Shown here in pieces: positions 25,232 through 37,107 of a DNA stretch of 64,000 bases (positions within the stretch are counted from its first letter, which is position 1; every line of letters starts with the position of its first letter). The stretch lies in assembly GCA_043228905.1 (NCBI GenBank), contig JBHGNT010000011.1:2790001-2854000 (forward strand). The letters are read 5' to 3'. The notes beneath the pieces are model-generated. The model made no database searches, was not told the DNA's origin, and was given only the letters and a program-made list of their open reading frames with translations. Made by a program: the position numbers and the translations under genes. This DNA is from Azolla caroliniana. Its lineage: Eukaryota > Plantae > Polypodiophyta.

Positions 25232-26405
25232 TTAATTAGATGACCTTACTTGCCGGCCGGTGGTGCCCGGTTCCACTGAATCAGTTGCCTCCGGTGCCTC
25301 CCCGCTTTCTGACGGTGTCGTGCTGCCTTTTGTCCAGTTTCCGGTATTTTGTGGGTTCTCTTCGTCTTTAAACGGATTTTCCAGTATTTGTCCTTTGTAC
25401 GGTTTCAGTTGGAATCCATTGACCCATTTGCTTAGAAGTTCTCCGGCTAATGTGCCTAGCTGGTAGGACCCATTAAACTCCCTTGTTACCCAGAATGGGC
25501 CAGTCCACCGAAACCGTAACTTCCCAAGCATGCTGTCCATCCGGGTCTAGAAAACCAAGACCGGTTTTCCGATGCCGAATGCCTTCTCGTTGCCACGTTG
25601 ATGACTATCCACAGAGGCTTTCCATCGTCGTTGCTCTAGTTCTAGTTGTATTAAGCTAGTTATCCGATGCTCCTCTAGTTCACACAATGTTGCCAACCGG
25701 ATCTTCTCCGACTCCTTTTCACTCAAACGCTCTTTGACTTGGATTCGTAAACTCGGAATCTGAAACTCGATTGGCATGACCGCTTCCAATCCAAATGCTA
25801 ACCGGAACAGGGTTGTGCATATGCTTATCTTGTAGGTTGTCCGGTACGCCCACAACGCACTTTGCAACTTTGTGTCCCAATCCGTTCGGTTTTCGTTGAC
25901 AATTTTCCGGAGAATATTCTGTAGTTTCTTATTTGTGGATTCGGCCAGTCTGTTTGCCTATGGGTAGTACGGAGTACTACGTTTGTGGACTACCGCATAA
26001 CACGTTGTGAGGCTCTCCACAACTTGGCCCAGGAAGTGTCCTCCTTAATCACTTATTAGTTCAATCGGACAGCCATACCAGCACCATATAAGCTCATATA
26101 GGAACTTTGTTGTGGATGCCGCCGTATTATCCCTGAGTGCCTTTGCTTCCACCCATTTCGTGCAGTAGTTGGTGGCCACGATAGTGTATCTGTTACCAGT
26201 CCTCATTGCCAGTGGTTTGAATGGTCCGTTAAAGTCCAGTCCCCATTTCTGGAATGGTTCTAATGGTAATACCGGGTGATGGGGCATTCGAGCCTGCTCG
26301 GTTGGTTGGCCTAACTGTTGGCAGAGGTCACATTCCTTACCGTACCTGATGGCGTCTTTTAAGGTTGTCGATCACCATAACCCGCTTTGCCATATCTTGC
26401 GACCA
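25232..26405 (-). pseudogene. Integrase remnant of element C
   Basis: ECDLCQQ zinc-finger half, WGLDF, ELISD, YRTTYK and GPF motif; several stops. Confidence 0.88.
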
Positions 26406-26513
26406 CGATTCCCACCTTTGTTGTCTTTCGGCTAGTCTTCTTCCTCATTCGGTGACTTGGTCGTTAGTCGATCGAGACATCCATCCCCCGGTGTTCTCTA
26501 CTCACTACAAGAA

Positions 26514-26525
26514 TCGTGATCACCA
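26514..26525 (-). promoter_or_regulatory. Probable primer binding site of element C (tRNA-Trp-like)
   Basis: TGGTGATCACGA, 6 nt downstream of the 5' LTR on the minus strand; about 10/12 match to the recalled plant tRNA-Trp complement TGGTGAACCCGA. Near-identical motif at 29943. Confidence 0.6.
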
Positions 26526-26937
26526 AATTAGTGTTGATCCTTGGCCAGACTAGCCACAATACAAGGTGTCCTCTTCTGAAACACTTCTCCAAAGGGTGGT
26601 AAGGTTAGGATGCTTCCGTAATTAACACGTGTAAGATCTTAATATTAACCACAGACGGCAAGTATACAAGATGCAAGCATTAATTAATCGATATATGTAA
26701 TCTTCTATTACTTCCGTAAACATTACATCGGGTCGAATACTTTTATAGGAATCCGGTGTCATTACAAAATGGTGCCCTATCGGCAACCAGCTACGAATCG
26801 GTTCGAATCCGGATCGGTGCAACTATACCGGATCCGTCCCTCCGAATACTAATTCTATTTATTTCTAAATATATATATATATATCCGACTCGCCCTTTTC
26901 CCACTTATCCTTTGGCCCTTAACCGGCCAACAAGATG

Positions 26938-28330
26938 TCTTGAATCATATCATTCCAAATCATGCATCTTGTTCAAGGTTCGTGAATTCTCGTAAATATT
27001 ATAATTAGTTCAATTGGCATGATAATTTACTTTTTCGAAATAATTTGCTTTACGTCCCTTACGGTCGTTCTCGATTCCTTATTTTACAACACTGCCATGA
27101 CATGCCAATTGCCGGACATTTTGGAGTTCACAAAACTTTGGAATTAGTTTTTAGAAATTATTGGTCGCTGCATCTTCATAATTATGTTGAGGACTACATT
27201 CGCAGTTGTGATGCACGTTGTCAATCCAAGTGTCCTCAGCATCGACCATATGGTTTACTCCAACCCTTACAAGTTCTTGATGGTCTTTGGAAGTCTACAT
27301 CTATGGATTTCATTATTGATCTTCCATCTTCCAAAGGTTTTGATTCCATCCTTACTATTGTAGATCGGTTCACTAAGATGGCACATTTTCTACCATGCAC
27401 AAAGACTATAATAGTCAAGAGATAATAGATTTGGTTATGCGTGAAATCTTTCAGCTTATATCATTAGTGATCGAGGTCCACAATTTATCTCGACATTTTG
27501 GAAACATTTTCTTAGGCTCCTCCAAATTGATTGTAAACTCTCTTCCACCTATCATCCAGAGACTAATGGTCAAACCGAACAGACCAATCAAACCTTGGAA
27601 CAATACCTTCGTTGCTTCATCATTATCAAAAGGATGATTGGGTGGACTATTTGCATTTTGCAGAGTTTTCTTACAATAATTCAGTTCATTCGTCTACCAA
27701 ACTTACTCCCATCTTTGCCAACACGGGTGTTCATCCCTGTTGGACAATGCTTGACCACCCAAAAATCTCGAAAAGCCCTACTACGGAGGACCGACTACGT
27801 TATATACAAGAAATTCATATTGCTCTTTCTCATCATTTACATAATGCTCAAGACACCTGTAAGAAATTTGCAGATCGCCATCAACTTGACTCATCACTAG
27901 AAAACCCAAATTTCAAGTTGGAGACCGTGTATTGCTCTTACGACATAATGTGAAGACCACTAAGTCATGTAACAAGTTGGATTATCAATGTGTTGGTCCA
28001 TATTTAATCACTAAACAAATCAATAAAGTTCCTTTTCATCTCGATCTCCCTCCTCATATGTGTCTTCATCCAGTGTTCCATGTCTCACTCTTGAAACCTT
28101 ATGCTTCAAACTCTATTCTAGATTGTGTTGTTCCCCCTCCACCTCCTATTGAGCTTGATGAAGGCCCGGAATATGAAGTGAAATCCATTTTTTACTCCAA
28201 ATTTGTGAAAAACAAATTGTATTATTTCATTGATTGGTTGGGTTATAGACCTGCAGATCAAACATGGGAGCCAGCCGAAAATCTCAATAATACCAAATAA
28301 CTTGTACCTAAATTTCATCAACGATAAACC
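26938..28330 (+). pseudogene. Integrase plus chromodomain of element A
   Basis: HCHDMPIAGHFG, STSMDFIIDLP, HPVFHVSLLKP, PEYEVKSI...YFIDWLGY...TWEPAENL. Confidence 0.9.
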
Positions 28331-29611
28331 AAGTCCTAGTTCATACATTGCGACTCGTGGAACTCGTCGTCAAAGGAAGGGGATAACACCCGTGACCTTC
28401 TCAAAGAGGTGTAGCTTCAACCACTAGGACACATTATATCACATATATTTTTTTAAATTATTATATTAGATCAATAAGAAACATACATAATATTATGAAA
28501 TGTCGCCACCGCATGATTACCAAGTGTCATGCTTGCATGAATGCCAAGTGGCGATCATGCGTGCCTATGAGGTGGCGAGCATGCATGTATCCAAAGCATG
28601 CTATATAAACATGTAGTGAAGTATTGGTGAACCATTCTAGTTCAATGTCAATCTTCCACATACTCTTGTAACCCTTGTTCTCATTGTTAATACATTGTCA
28701 ACATCTTATTTTTCTCTCATTCCTCGCTGATAGGGTGTATAAGATAATAGATAGTTATACACTATATGAGGGCTTGACCAAACCGATTAGATGGAGTTGA
28801 AAATCATAATATATTATATAGCTCTAGGTAATTATGATTAGAGAGTATAACTCAAGAAACTAAGAAAAAAGATAGAGAAAGCGAGCAAGAAATAAGAATG
28901 TTCTGATATTCCAACATCAAGAGAATACAAAGGAGACAAACTCCACATTGAACTAAAACCAAAGACCTTCCTCTTCTAAGACACTTCCTCTTCCACAAAG
29001 ACACTTCTTCCTAACACTCCTCATCCACTCTTTGGCCTTCACTCTTAGCCCCACTCTTAGCCCCACTCTTAGCCTTCCTCCTCACTAATATCACTTCTTC
29101 TTTTATAACCTTCCTCTTCTTATCCACGTTCATGCTATTTTTAGAAGCTTTTTATCTCCCTATTTTTAGCTATGACACATCGACCTTCTAATCGTCATAT
29201 CTCCCTCATCCGATATCCAAATTAAGCGATTTAAAAAGCTATAGAAAGCTCTTTTTACAAGCTTTCTAATCCATATTTAAACGTGATATTTGGATAAACA
29301 ACGAGGGAGTTATGACCATTCTATTTTTACTGTTTTTTATAGTCTGCGTTTTCTCTTTTTACTTTTCTCTTGGTCTCGTACTTTTACTTTTGACTTCTTC
29401 CCTAAGGTCTTAGTTCGTGTTCTTATCCTCAAAAGGTGAATTATCTATACTTTATATTCTCCTAATGTTCAATGGCTTAGATTCTAAAAACACTTTCACA
29501 CTCGCATATTTTCTACTTCTCATTCTCTTCTTCATTTTAAACTTGTCTTTGGCTACAGTTACCCCTTTTTCTGAAGGAACACACTCTCAGTTACTACTTC
29601 CAAGTAACCAG

Positions 29612-29954
29612 TGTCGTGGAGGATTCTAGCAAAAGGGAGAAAAGATCGTTGAGCACGTGTGAACGGGGATGTGCACGGATGCACATAAAAAGAGTCTTTG
29701 TATAAGCAAATGTAAATAAATAGAGTATAATAAGTACAAGACAATGTGATTTAAATAGGTACTTTATTATCCAACAAAAAGAGGGGAATAATAGGATCTG
29801 ATGGAAGGAAATCGGGGCAGAGAATCGCTTACAAAAGCAGCTATCATGAATGATGATGTAATCGACCCTCCTTGGACTATAACAGGAGGGGAGGAAGACC
29901 ATTATAGGGATCCATCGTTTTGGAGGGGAAGGTGCTACAGTTTGGTGATCTCGA
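29612..29954 (+). mobile_element. LTR fragment followed by a PBS-like motif
   Basis: TGTCG...GCTACA (29612-29939), then GTT and TGGTGATCTCGA (29943-29954), the same motif type as element C. Confidence 0.5.
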
Positions 29955-30048
29955 GCGATGTAGGTTTTCTGCTCGGTGCTAGTTCGGATAGATAGGTGTG
30001 AGGCCTCTGCTCGCGTAGGAAGCCCATGTGCTCCCGACTAGAGGCTGA

Positions 30049-30051
<3 letters not shown>

Positions 30052-30081
<30 letters not shown>
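30052..30081. repeat. (GT)n microsatellite
   Basis: About 14 GT units. Confidence 0.9.
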
Positions 30082-30085
<4 letters not shown>

Positions 30086-30247
30086 AGCTCGAAGCTCTGT
30101 CATCGGCCGAGTTCGGTTGTATTCTTCTCTGTTTGTCAATTTATTCTTGGTTTGTTGTATTCGACTCTGTCTCTATGTTCGGGAGGCATCGCTTCTCCTC
30201 TCCATGTGCTCATTTTCTTCGAACCCATGTGCTCATTTTCTAGAAAC

Positions 30248-31018
30248 TGACAACTGGACCAGACCAGTACAGGTTCTACAAGCCCGTGTGCTCAGTGAAG
30301 AACTCTGGCAAACGAGTCGATTAGGTCACTACAAGCTTAGCAACCTCTCTGCCTCCAATTCCCTAGTCCAAGACCCCCACGGATCCCACCCAATCCTACA
30401 CGTACACACGAATATCTACGACACCGGATCAAGGAAATTGTGGTAGGAAGGAGGAAGGGGCTTCGGTTCGTCCCATCGACTATGTACTTACCTGAATGCG
30501 GAACTCAGGGAGGTAACTCTACCCCAACTCTCTCTGTGGATAGTTGAGCTCATCTGATCCACACAACACTCGGGGATACAAATAGTTCTTAAAACTTCGC
30601 AATCAGTGCAGTAACAAGTATCCTGTCGAATCGGCTACAACCAATTATAGGTTACGATTCCACACAGACGATATACTTTGGAGCACACATTAGACACACA
30701 AGGTTACCCCACAAGAAAGAATAATCGATTACGAATACACAATTACAAGTATCGATCGACTGTCGGTATAACATGCTCTCTCTCTCTCTCTCTGTACACT
30801 TCTTGCCTAACAAGTAATACTCTTGCAACCCCCCTTACTCTTCCGATCACTTGATATTTATATAGGCCTCCATGCTTCCTATTTCTGGGAAGCATGGCAC
30901 ATTACAATCGCTCCTATTAGGTAGTTTGACACCTTATTCGTCTTTTGGTTGGATCCACTTTTCCTATGGTTGGCGTCTTGTCCCCTTTCACACCTTCGGT
31001 CGTCCTGCCTGGTCAACA
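30248..31018 (-). mobile_element. Probable solo LTR
   Basis: TG...CAACA termini, minus-strand TATA CCTATATAAATA at about 30855-30868, internal (CT)n; no clean TSD. Confidence 0.4.
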
Positions 31019-31147
31019 AGAATTTTTATGTAGATATAAATAATAATTATATCCAACACAATCATAAAAATAAACAAACTCAAATAAGAGAACAATGGGG
31101 ATGTGTCACCAAGTATGCGTCAATATTAATATATATATATATATATA

Positions 31148-31747
31148 TAGATTGACATATTCGCATTCGTGCGGTTTCCCATTCGAATGCAAGCAAATAC
31201 GAATACGAATGCATGGTCAAGTATTCTTTTAACTAAAAAAGAAAAAGAGTACATGAACTCCCTTCTTTTTAGTTTCTAGGATATAGAAAAAGGGACTTGA
31301 CACTAATAAATTTTTATAGTAAATGTAAGTATTCGTTTTATTTTTAATAAATAAATAAAATAAAATAAAGGTTCATTAATTCCTCACTTTTTCTTCTCCC
31401 AAGGATATTTTTATTTCACATTAAAAATGGGACTTCACACTAATCATATTTCTATAATAAATATAAAAATATTCGTTTTTTTAAAAATAAAATAAAATTT
31501 CATAAAACTCCCCTTTTTTATTTGACACTAGTGATAAAGGAGAGTTAATACTAATCATATTTTTATAATCTATTAATGAATGATTGTTCTTTTTTTAGTG
31601 AATTAAATTTATTTATTTTTAAAATAATTAATTAATTATTTTTTTGTATATTTATTTTGCAAAACGAATGGTTTTATAATATTCTTAGGGCCATTTCGTA
31701 TTCTTGAATATTGCGAATATCATGAATGTCATGCATGTGTCAATCTA
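31148..31747. mobile_element. hAT-type MITE (600 bp)
   Basis: TIRs TAGATTGACA / TGTCAATCTA; 8-bp TSD TATATATA / TGTATATA; subterminal ATTCG/CGAAT motifs; three internal repeats of about 115 bp. Confidence 0.75.
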
Positions 31748-32489
31748 TGTATATATAGTATATTGACGAGAATATAGATGTATATCAATATGTCAATATG
31801 TATGTTAATACATATATACATCGTATATGTCAACAAAAATACTTGAAAATAAATAAATATAGATAATAGTGAAAAAGTAAAATGCACAATCAAAATTCTA
31901 GTGGAAAAAAAGCATCCTTGTTGGGAAAAAACACACCCCAAATTGAGGACATAAAAAGTGCAAAACACCACCATAGCCATATATAAACTCATGTCATGTG
32001 TCAATGTAACTGCATGTGTGTTTTTTCCCTTTTATTTATTTATTCTTTTTCAACTTGTATTTATTTTTATTTTTATTTTTTCCCATCAGTGACAGAATTG
32101 CATAACGCATAGTATGCAATGTGACACTAAGCGCACCCTATGTAGCGTGCCGCTATCAGTAGGTAGCAAGGTGTGTAACCTACAGCACAAGGATGCATTG
32201 CTTACTGAAGTAGGTTGCGGTTCTGCAACAAGACATGTCGTGCGCTAATGCAATGCCAAGCGTTGCCACACGCAACCTTGCGAGGTTGAGGTTGGTGCTA
32301 ACTTCGTTCAATAAGAAGAGCGGACAAGTGTGTAGAAAGGCCTTGGAACCTAACCAGATAGAGAAGCAACCATTGAGCATTGTGGAAGAATTTGAGCAAG
32401 CAAGTTTGATAATGTTAGAATCTTACTTAACGATAAGCAGAATTAAGGAAGGAAATCCGGAAGAAAGGGCGTCAATCCACCCAACCACC

Positions 32490-32960
32490 CCCTAACAAAG
32501 GTAAGAGATAGATTTGAGTCTCCCATCAATGTCCCATACCAAATACAGACATGGAGCGTTGTCGCGATATTCCCATACCAACGCCTCTAGGTCGTACTTC
32601 TCCGGTTGATCGCGTGTCAAGCTCTCTTCCAGCGGTAGTGCGTAGCCACTCACTGCCCTCTCTTCTCCGTCGCTCGCAGGCCACATTGTTGCCGACCACT
32701 CCCCATCGGGTTGCCAGCATACCCACTCTGGTTTCGCATATTTGTATGCCTCCAATAGAGCTCCCTCAAAGGACTACCATGACTCATGAGCTTCTTGAAG
32801 CTCCTTGACCTCTTTGTGCACCGATACGGCCGCCACTCGATGAAAATATTCTAGCCGCATTGCTCCGTCCACGCCCCTCTTCATCATCTCGGTATTGTAC
32901 ACTTCCAAGAACCTCGAGACATCGTCCCCGTTGAATCAACCGACTCAATCGAAGTATAAT
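32490..32960 (-). pseudogene. Ty3/gypsy gag remnant
   Basis: Minus strand reads FNGDDVSRFLEVYNTEM...RLEYFHRV...SW.SFEGALLEAY, gag-like, with stops. Confidence 0.5.
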
Positions 32961-34009
32961 AAAACCCTAAAGGAAACCCAAGAAGAAAACCCTAACCGAA
33001 ACCCTAAAACCGAATAGGAAACCCTTGACCTAAGTGGTATGCCTCTCTCACTCAAAATAGGCAACCCCTTCACAAGTGACCCCTCACTCCCTTTTATAGT
33101 AGTAAGGGGTGAACACATTACAAGAGGGAGTCAAATCCCCTTTCATTTAATGGGGAATATCTCCCTTGATCTTAAATCGGTGGGCCTTAACTCTCTCTCT
33201 CCTATCCCATTCACTCTCAATGCTCACTACTCATTCTACTCTCCAAAGTGCATATCACATTTATGCCTCTACGAACTTCGTGGTGCACCTTTAGCACCTT
33301 AGATGATTACCCTTCCCATTACATTTTGTTTATTTACTCCTATGTTACGATTTTCCTAAGTATATGTGCAATGTTGCACATTGCGCTTTATTCGTCCCTC
33401 TCGGGTTTTCTCACCATGGCCGAAAATCCTCACGACAACGTACCTTAGGTTTGAATAAGAAGGAGGCACACATGTATGAAGCTAAAGTTTTGTTATACTA
33501 TTAGAGTCTCTATCTCAAACAATAAAGAAAAGAGAAGGTAACTAGCCTTCTTATATAGTTGAGCAAACCTTACGCCCTTGTATGTTTCACACTTCAAAAA
33601 CTAATTCTCTAAGTAGTGTTCTACAATTTGTCCCTCATTTCATCCATTAAGGTGTGTGTATATGCAGTTGTGTGCTCAGGTGCACATGGTCTAGAGCTCC
33701 CTCTATATTATTACACTTTGACACTCTGCTATTGTCAATATAGATCTTTGTTGTATCCATTACCTACTCTAAATATTGAACATGCATGCATTTTGTGCAT
33801 CCTCGTGTTTGCGCAAACAATATGCAACACCTCTCCTCTCGTGAATGACTCGTTGTCCACTCAACATCCATGCACGCGATCAACATTCTCGACAGTCTGC
33901 ATGTAGTGGTAGTGCGAGGGGCGATTGGCAATGCATTATTGACCGAGGGAATCAGGTGGCAGAAATTCCGAAGCTTCCCGATTCCCCACCGAGGATCGAG
34001 CAAGTAAGT

Positions 34010-34251
34010 GAGGCTCCTCGGGATGCTCTCTCTGCAGGTCATATGGACGGACGAACGGGCGAAGCTTCTCGAGGCTCCTCGGGATGCTCTCTCTGCAGGT
34101 CATATGGACGGACAAACGGGCGAAGCTTCTCGAGGCTCCTCGGGATGCTCTCTCTACAGGTCATATGGACGAACGAACGAAGCTTCTCGAGGCTTCTCGG
34201 GATGCTCTCTCTGCATGTCATATGGACGGACGAAGCTTCTCGAGGCTCCTC
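34010..34251. repeat. 53-61 bp tandem repeat, 4 copies, with HSE-like cores, upstream of DnaJ
   Basis: Units start at 34010, 34071, 34132 and 34189; each junction reads cGAAgcTTCtcGAGgcTYCt. Confidence 0.9.
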
Positions 34252-34629
34252 CTAATTCCTCCTGATGGGCTTCACGTTTTCCCTTTCATTCATTACCTAA
34301 TAAAAAGAGACAAAAGAAAAAAAAGAAAACAGACAAGCGAGACAAATGTGGCCATTGAAACCAATTCATTGAATTTGGATGATTCAGAAGAAGAAGAAGA
34401 AGAAGAAGAAAATTCAGAAGAAGAAGAGAAATCCATCCGGAAGGAAGAAGAGAGAGATATGGAACGATTTTCATATATGAAAGGGAAGGGAATGGAGGAG
34501 TAGAGAAGAGAAGAGCAGAGCAGAGAATTGATGCATTGAATCAGAACTTCTCTGTGTTTTCCTGCCCATCTGTTCTTTCCTTTCTTTTTTCTTTTCTTTT
34601 CTTTCCAAATTACATAAAAGCCATGCGAT

Positions 34630-37107
34630 ATGAGCGTGGATTATTACAAGGTCCTGGACGTGCCCAGAAGCGCCTCAGATGATGATCTGAAGAAAGCTTA
34701 CAGAAAACTTGCCATGAAATGGCACCCTGACAAGAACCCCTCCACCAACATTCAACAGTCTGAAGCCAAATTCAAACAGATTTCTGAAGCCTATGAGGTA
34801 ATAGGCACAAAGGAAAATGGAAAATAAATATCGATCTATTTCTTGTTTTCTGTTTTCTTACAGAACATGAAACCCATCGAAACATGATAAGATCCTATCC
34901 CATCCTCCCATTTCATTTATCGCCCAAACATGATCAGATTTATTCTTTTTTCATGAAACCCAATTTGGTTTGTGACTGTTCATGAACAGATTTATTTGTT
35001 TTCATGAAACTGGTTTGATTGTTAATGAAACATGATTCAAATTTCGATTGATTCAATCAAGTGGAAGAACTATCAATATATCACTGTTTCCGATGATGGC
35101 TGGGCGCATCGGACACATTTTTTTGTTTGAGAAATATTGCCAAAACTTAAAAAGGTTTGGGAATGTGATTAATGATGCAAGTAAAATGGAGAGATAGAGA
35201 TCAAGATATGGTGGATGACAGTCCTAGAAAAATAAATTACTTCAAGGGTGACAATTTGTTTTTTCTTGAATCTTGTTGAAATTTTTTTCCTGTGACCTCC
35301 ACCATTGGATTATACAGGATTATTTGTTAGAGATTCTTGGAAAGATTGGATTTATATTCTTCCATAAGCCATTTCTCTTATTTGTATGCAACTCATCCTT
35401 ATCACTTTCTGTGGAAGTGAAAGAACCTCAAGCATTACTTTACTTTATATTGAATATCAGCATATGGAAACTGATAATGAGAGTAGAGAAGCCATGGCAT
35501 CTAGACCACATCTGTTGACAAAAATTCTAAAAACCCTAATTAGGCCTTTCTCTGGTAGTGTGGATTCTTCACACATATGTTTGTGTAGGCATACACTTCT
35601 GTTATATATACTTATAATCAATCAATTAATTTAGCACATTTACATGCACTTGATTCATGAACCAAAACTGAACCAGTCTTACAAAAGTACATAACATAGT
35701 AAAACAAAAAACAAAAAAAACTACTTATGCTGCAAGTTTCTGTATTGAATCTGTTGTCACCATATCCCATCCCATACAGGTGCTAAGTGACCCAGACAAG
35801 CGAGCGATTTTTGATCAATACGGGGAAGAAGGTTTGAAAGGCCAAGTGCGTCCCCAGAGTTCGTGTGGTGGTACCAATTTCACGACTGGTACTACCAGTG
35901 GTGGAGCGAATGCTTTTAGGTTTAACCCTAGGAATGCGGAGGACATTTTCGCAGAGTTCTTCGGTGGATCAAGCCATTTTGGCAAGGCAGGAGGAGGTAG
36001 GGGCGGACGAAGTTCCTTTACCGAAACCGTTTTCGGCACACATTTGGGCAGGCATTTCGGCGGTGGGGACAACAACATTTTCCATTCGTTCCACAATCCG
36101 AGCTCATGTCCGAAGAAAGCCGCACCCCTTGAGAACAAGCTCCTTTGTACATTAGAAGAACTCTATTCCGGATCCACTCGGAAGATGAAGATATCGAGGA
36201 GCATCATAGATGCTTTCGGGTAACAATTTGTTTTCTAGATTTTTAGTTTTAGTTTTTTTTAAAGGGATGGAAGCTTGACATCCAATCTACCCCTCAAGTT
36301 TTGCATGTTTACTAGGATAGGATACCCCTCGTTTTTCGAAAAATTACTCGAAAACACCCTCGGGTCTTAAAACTAACCAAAAAATGCCCTCAAATTGATT
36401 AGGGATCAAAATGTCGGGACAAACTGAATTGTATAACAATTTGCAAGTAGAGCAAAATAATCATTTATAAAGAAAACAAAACAGAGAGGGTTATTGTGCT
36501 GATTTTAGAAAACTAAGGGTTATCATGGTAAATTTGCGACAGATATATTGGTGGCCCCCTCCCCCTCACGTCCCCTTGATGTGTATGTTATGTTAATCCA
36601 TGAATAATTATAGCTTACTCAAATGTTATATAAAGCGAATTAAAGATTTTGAGCTCAATTTGCAGGAAAAGAGTGTCATTGGAAGAGATTTTGACAATTG
36701 AAGTGAAGCCTGGTTGGAAGAAAGGTACGAAAATAACATTCACTGAGAAAGGCAATGGGCATCCAAATGTACTTCCAGCGGACTTAGTTTTTGTGATTGA
36801 TGAGAAACCTCATAACGTATACAAGAGAGATCGGAACGACCTCATGTTTACTCACAAGGTACCATTATCCGAGGCCCTAACTGGAACCACAGTGACATTG
36901 AACACTCTCGATGGTCGAACCTTGACCATTCCTTGCAATGACGTTATCACGCCATACTATGAGAAGGTTGTCCATAATGAAGGTATGCCTATTGCAAAGG
37001 AGCCTGGACGAAGGGGGTGCCTTCGGATCAAATTTGAGGTTCGGTTTCCTGGCCAACTTACATCCGAGCAAAAGACTGGCATCAAGAAATTCCTCGGAAC
37101 CATTTAA
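34630..37107 (+). CDS. Class B (type II) DnaJ/Hsp40 co-chaperone, 3 exons
   Basis: Exons 34630-34797, 35780-36219 and 36666-37107; J-domain with HPD, G/F-rich region, no zinc finger, C-terminal domain LEELYSG and [12 protein letters not shown]; GT-AG introns in frame. Confidence 0.95.

Larger units (their letters stand above)
20377..26932 (-). mobile_element. Non-chromovirus Ty3/gypsy 'element C'; gag-PR-RT-RH deleted, integrase and a long extra 3' ORF retained
   Basis: TSD AGATG (20372-20376, 26933-26937); LTRs 20377-20774 and 26532-26932 (TGTTG...CAACA, roughly 93% identical by eye); minus-strand TATA CCTATAAAAG; integrase pieces PFQKWGLDF, TKWVEAKAL, ALWAYRTTYK, KLRFRWTGPF. Confidence 0.92.
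10455..28703 (+). mobile_element. Host Ty3/gypsy chromovirus (Tcn1-like), 'element A'; internally deleted, carries two nested LTR elements
   Basis: gag 11010-11230 resumes at 18642 (KEPKIGLPMKFDGTRSQFRGF, SALAWF, CLYCGGPGHIAMNC); protease LLDSGANSCF at about 19690; integrase and chromodomain 26938-28330; PPT AAAGGAAGGGGATAA at about 28372-28386. Outer LTR limits uncertain. Confidence 0.75.
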
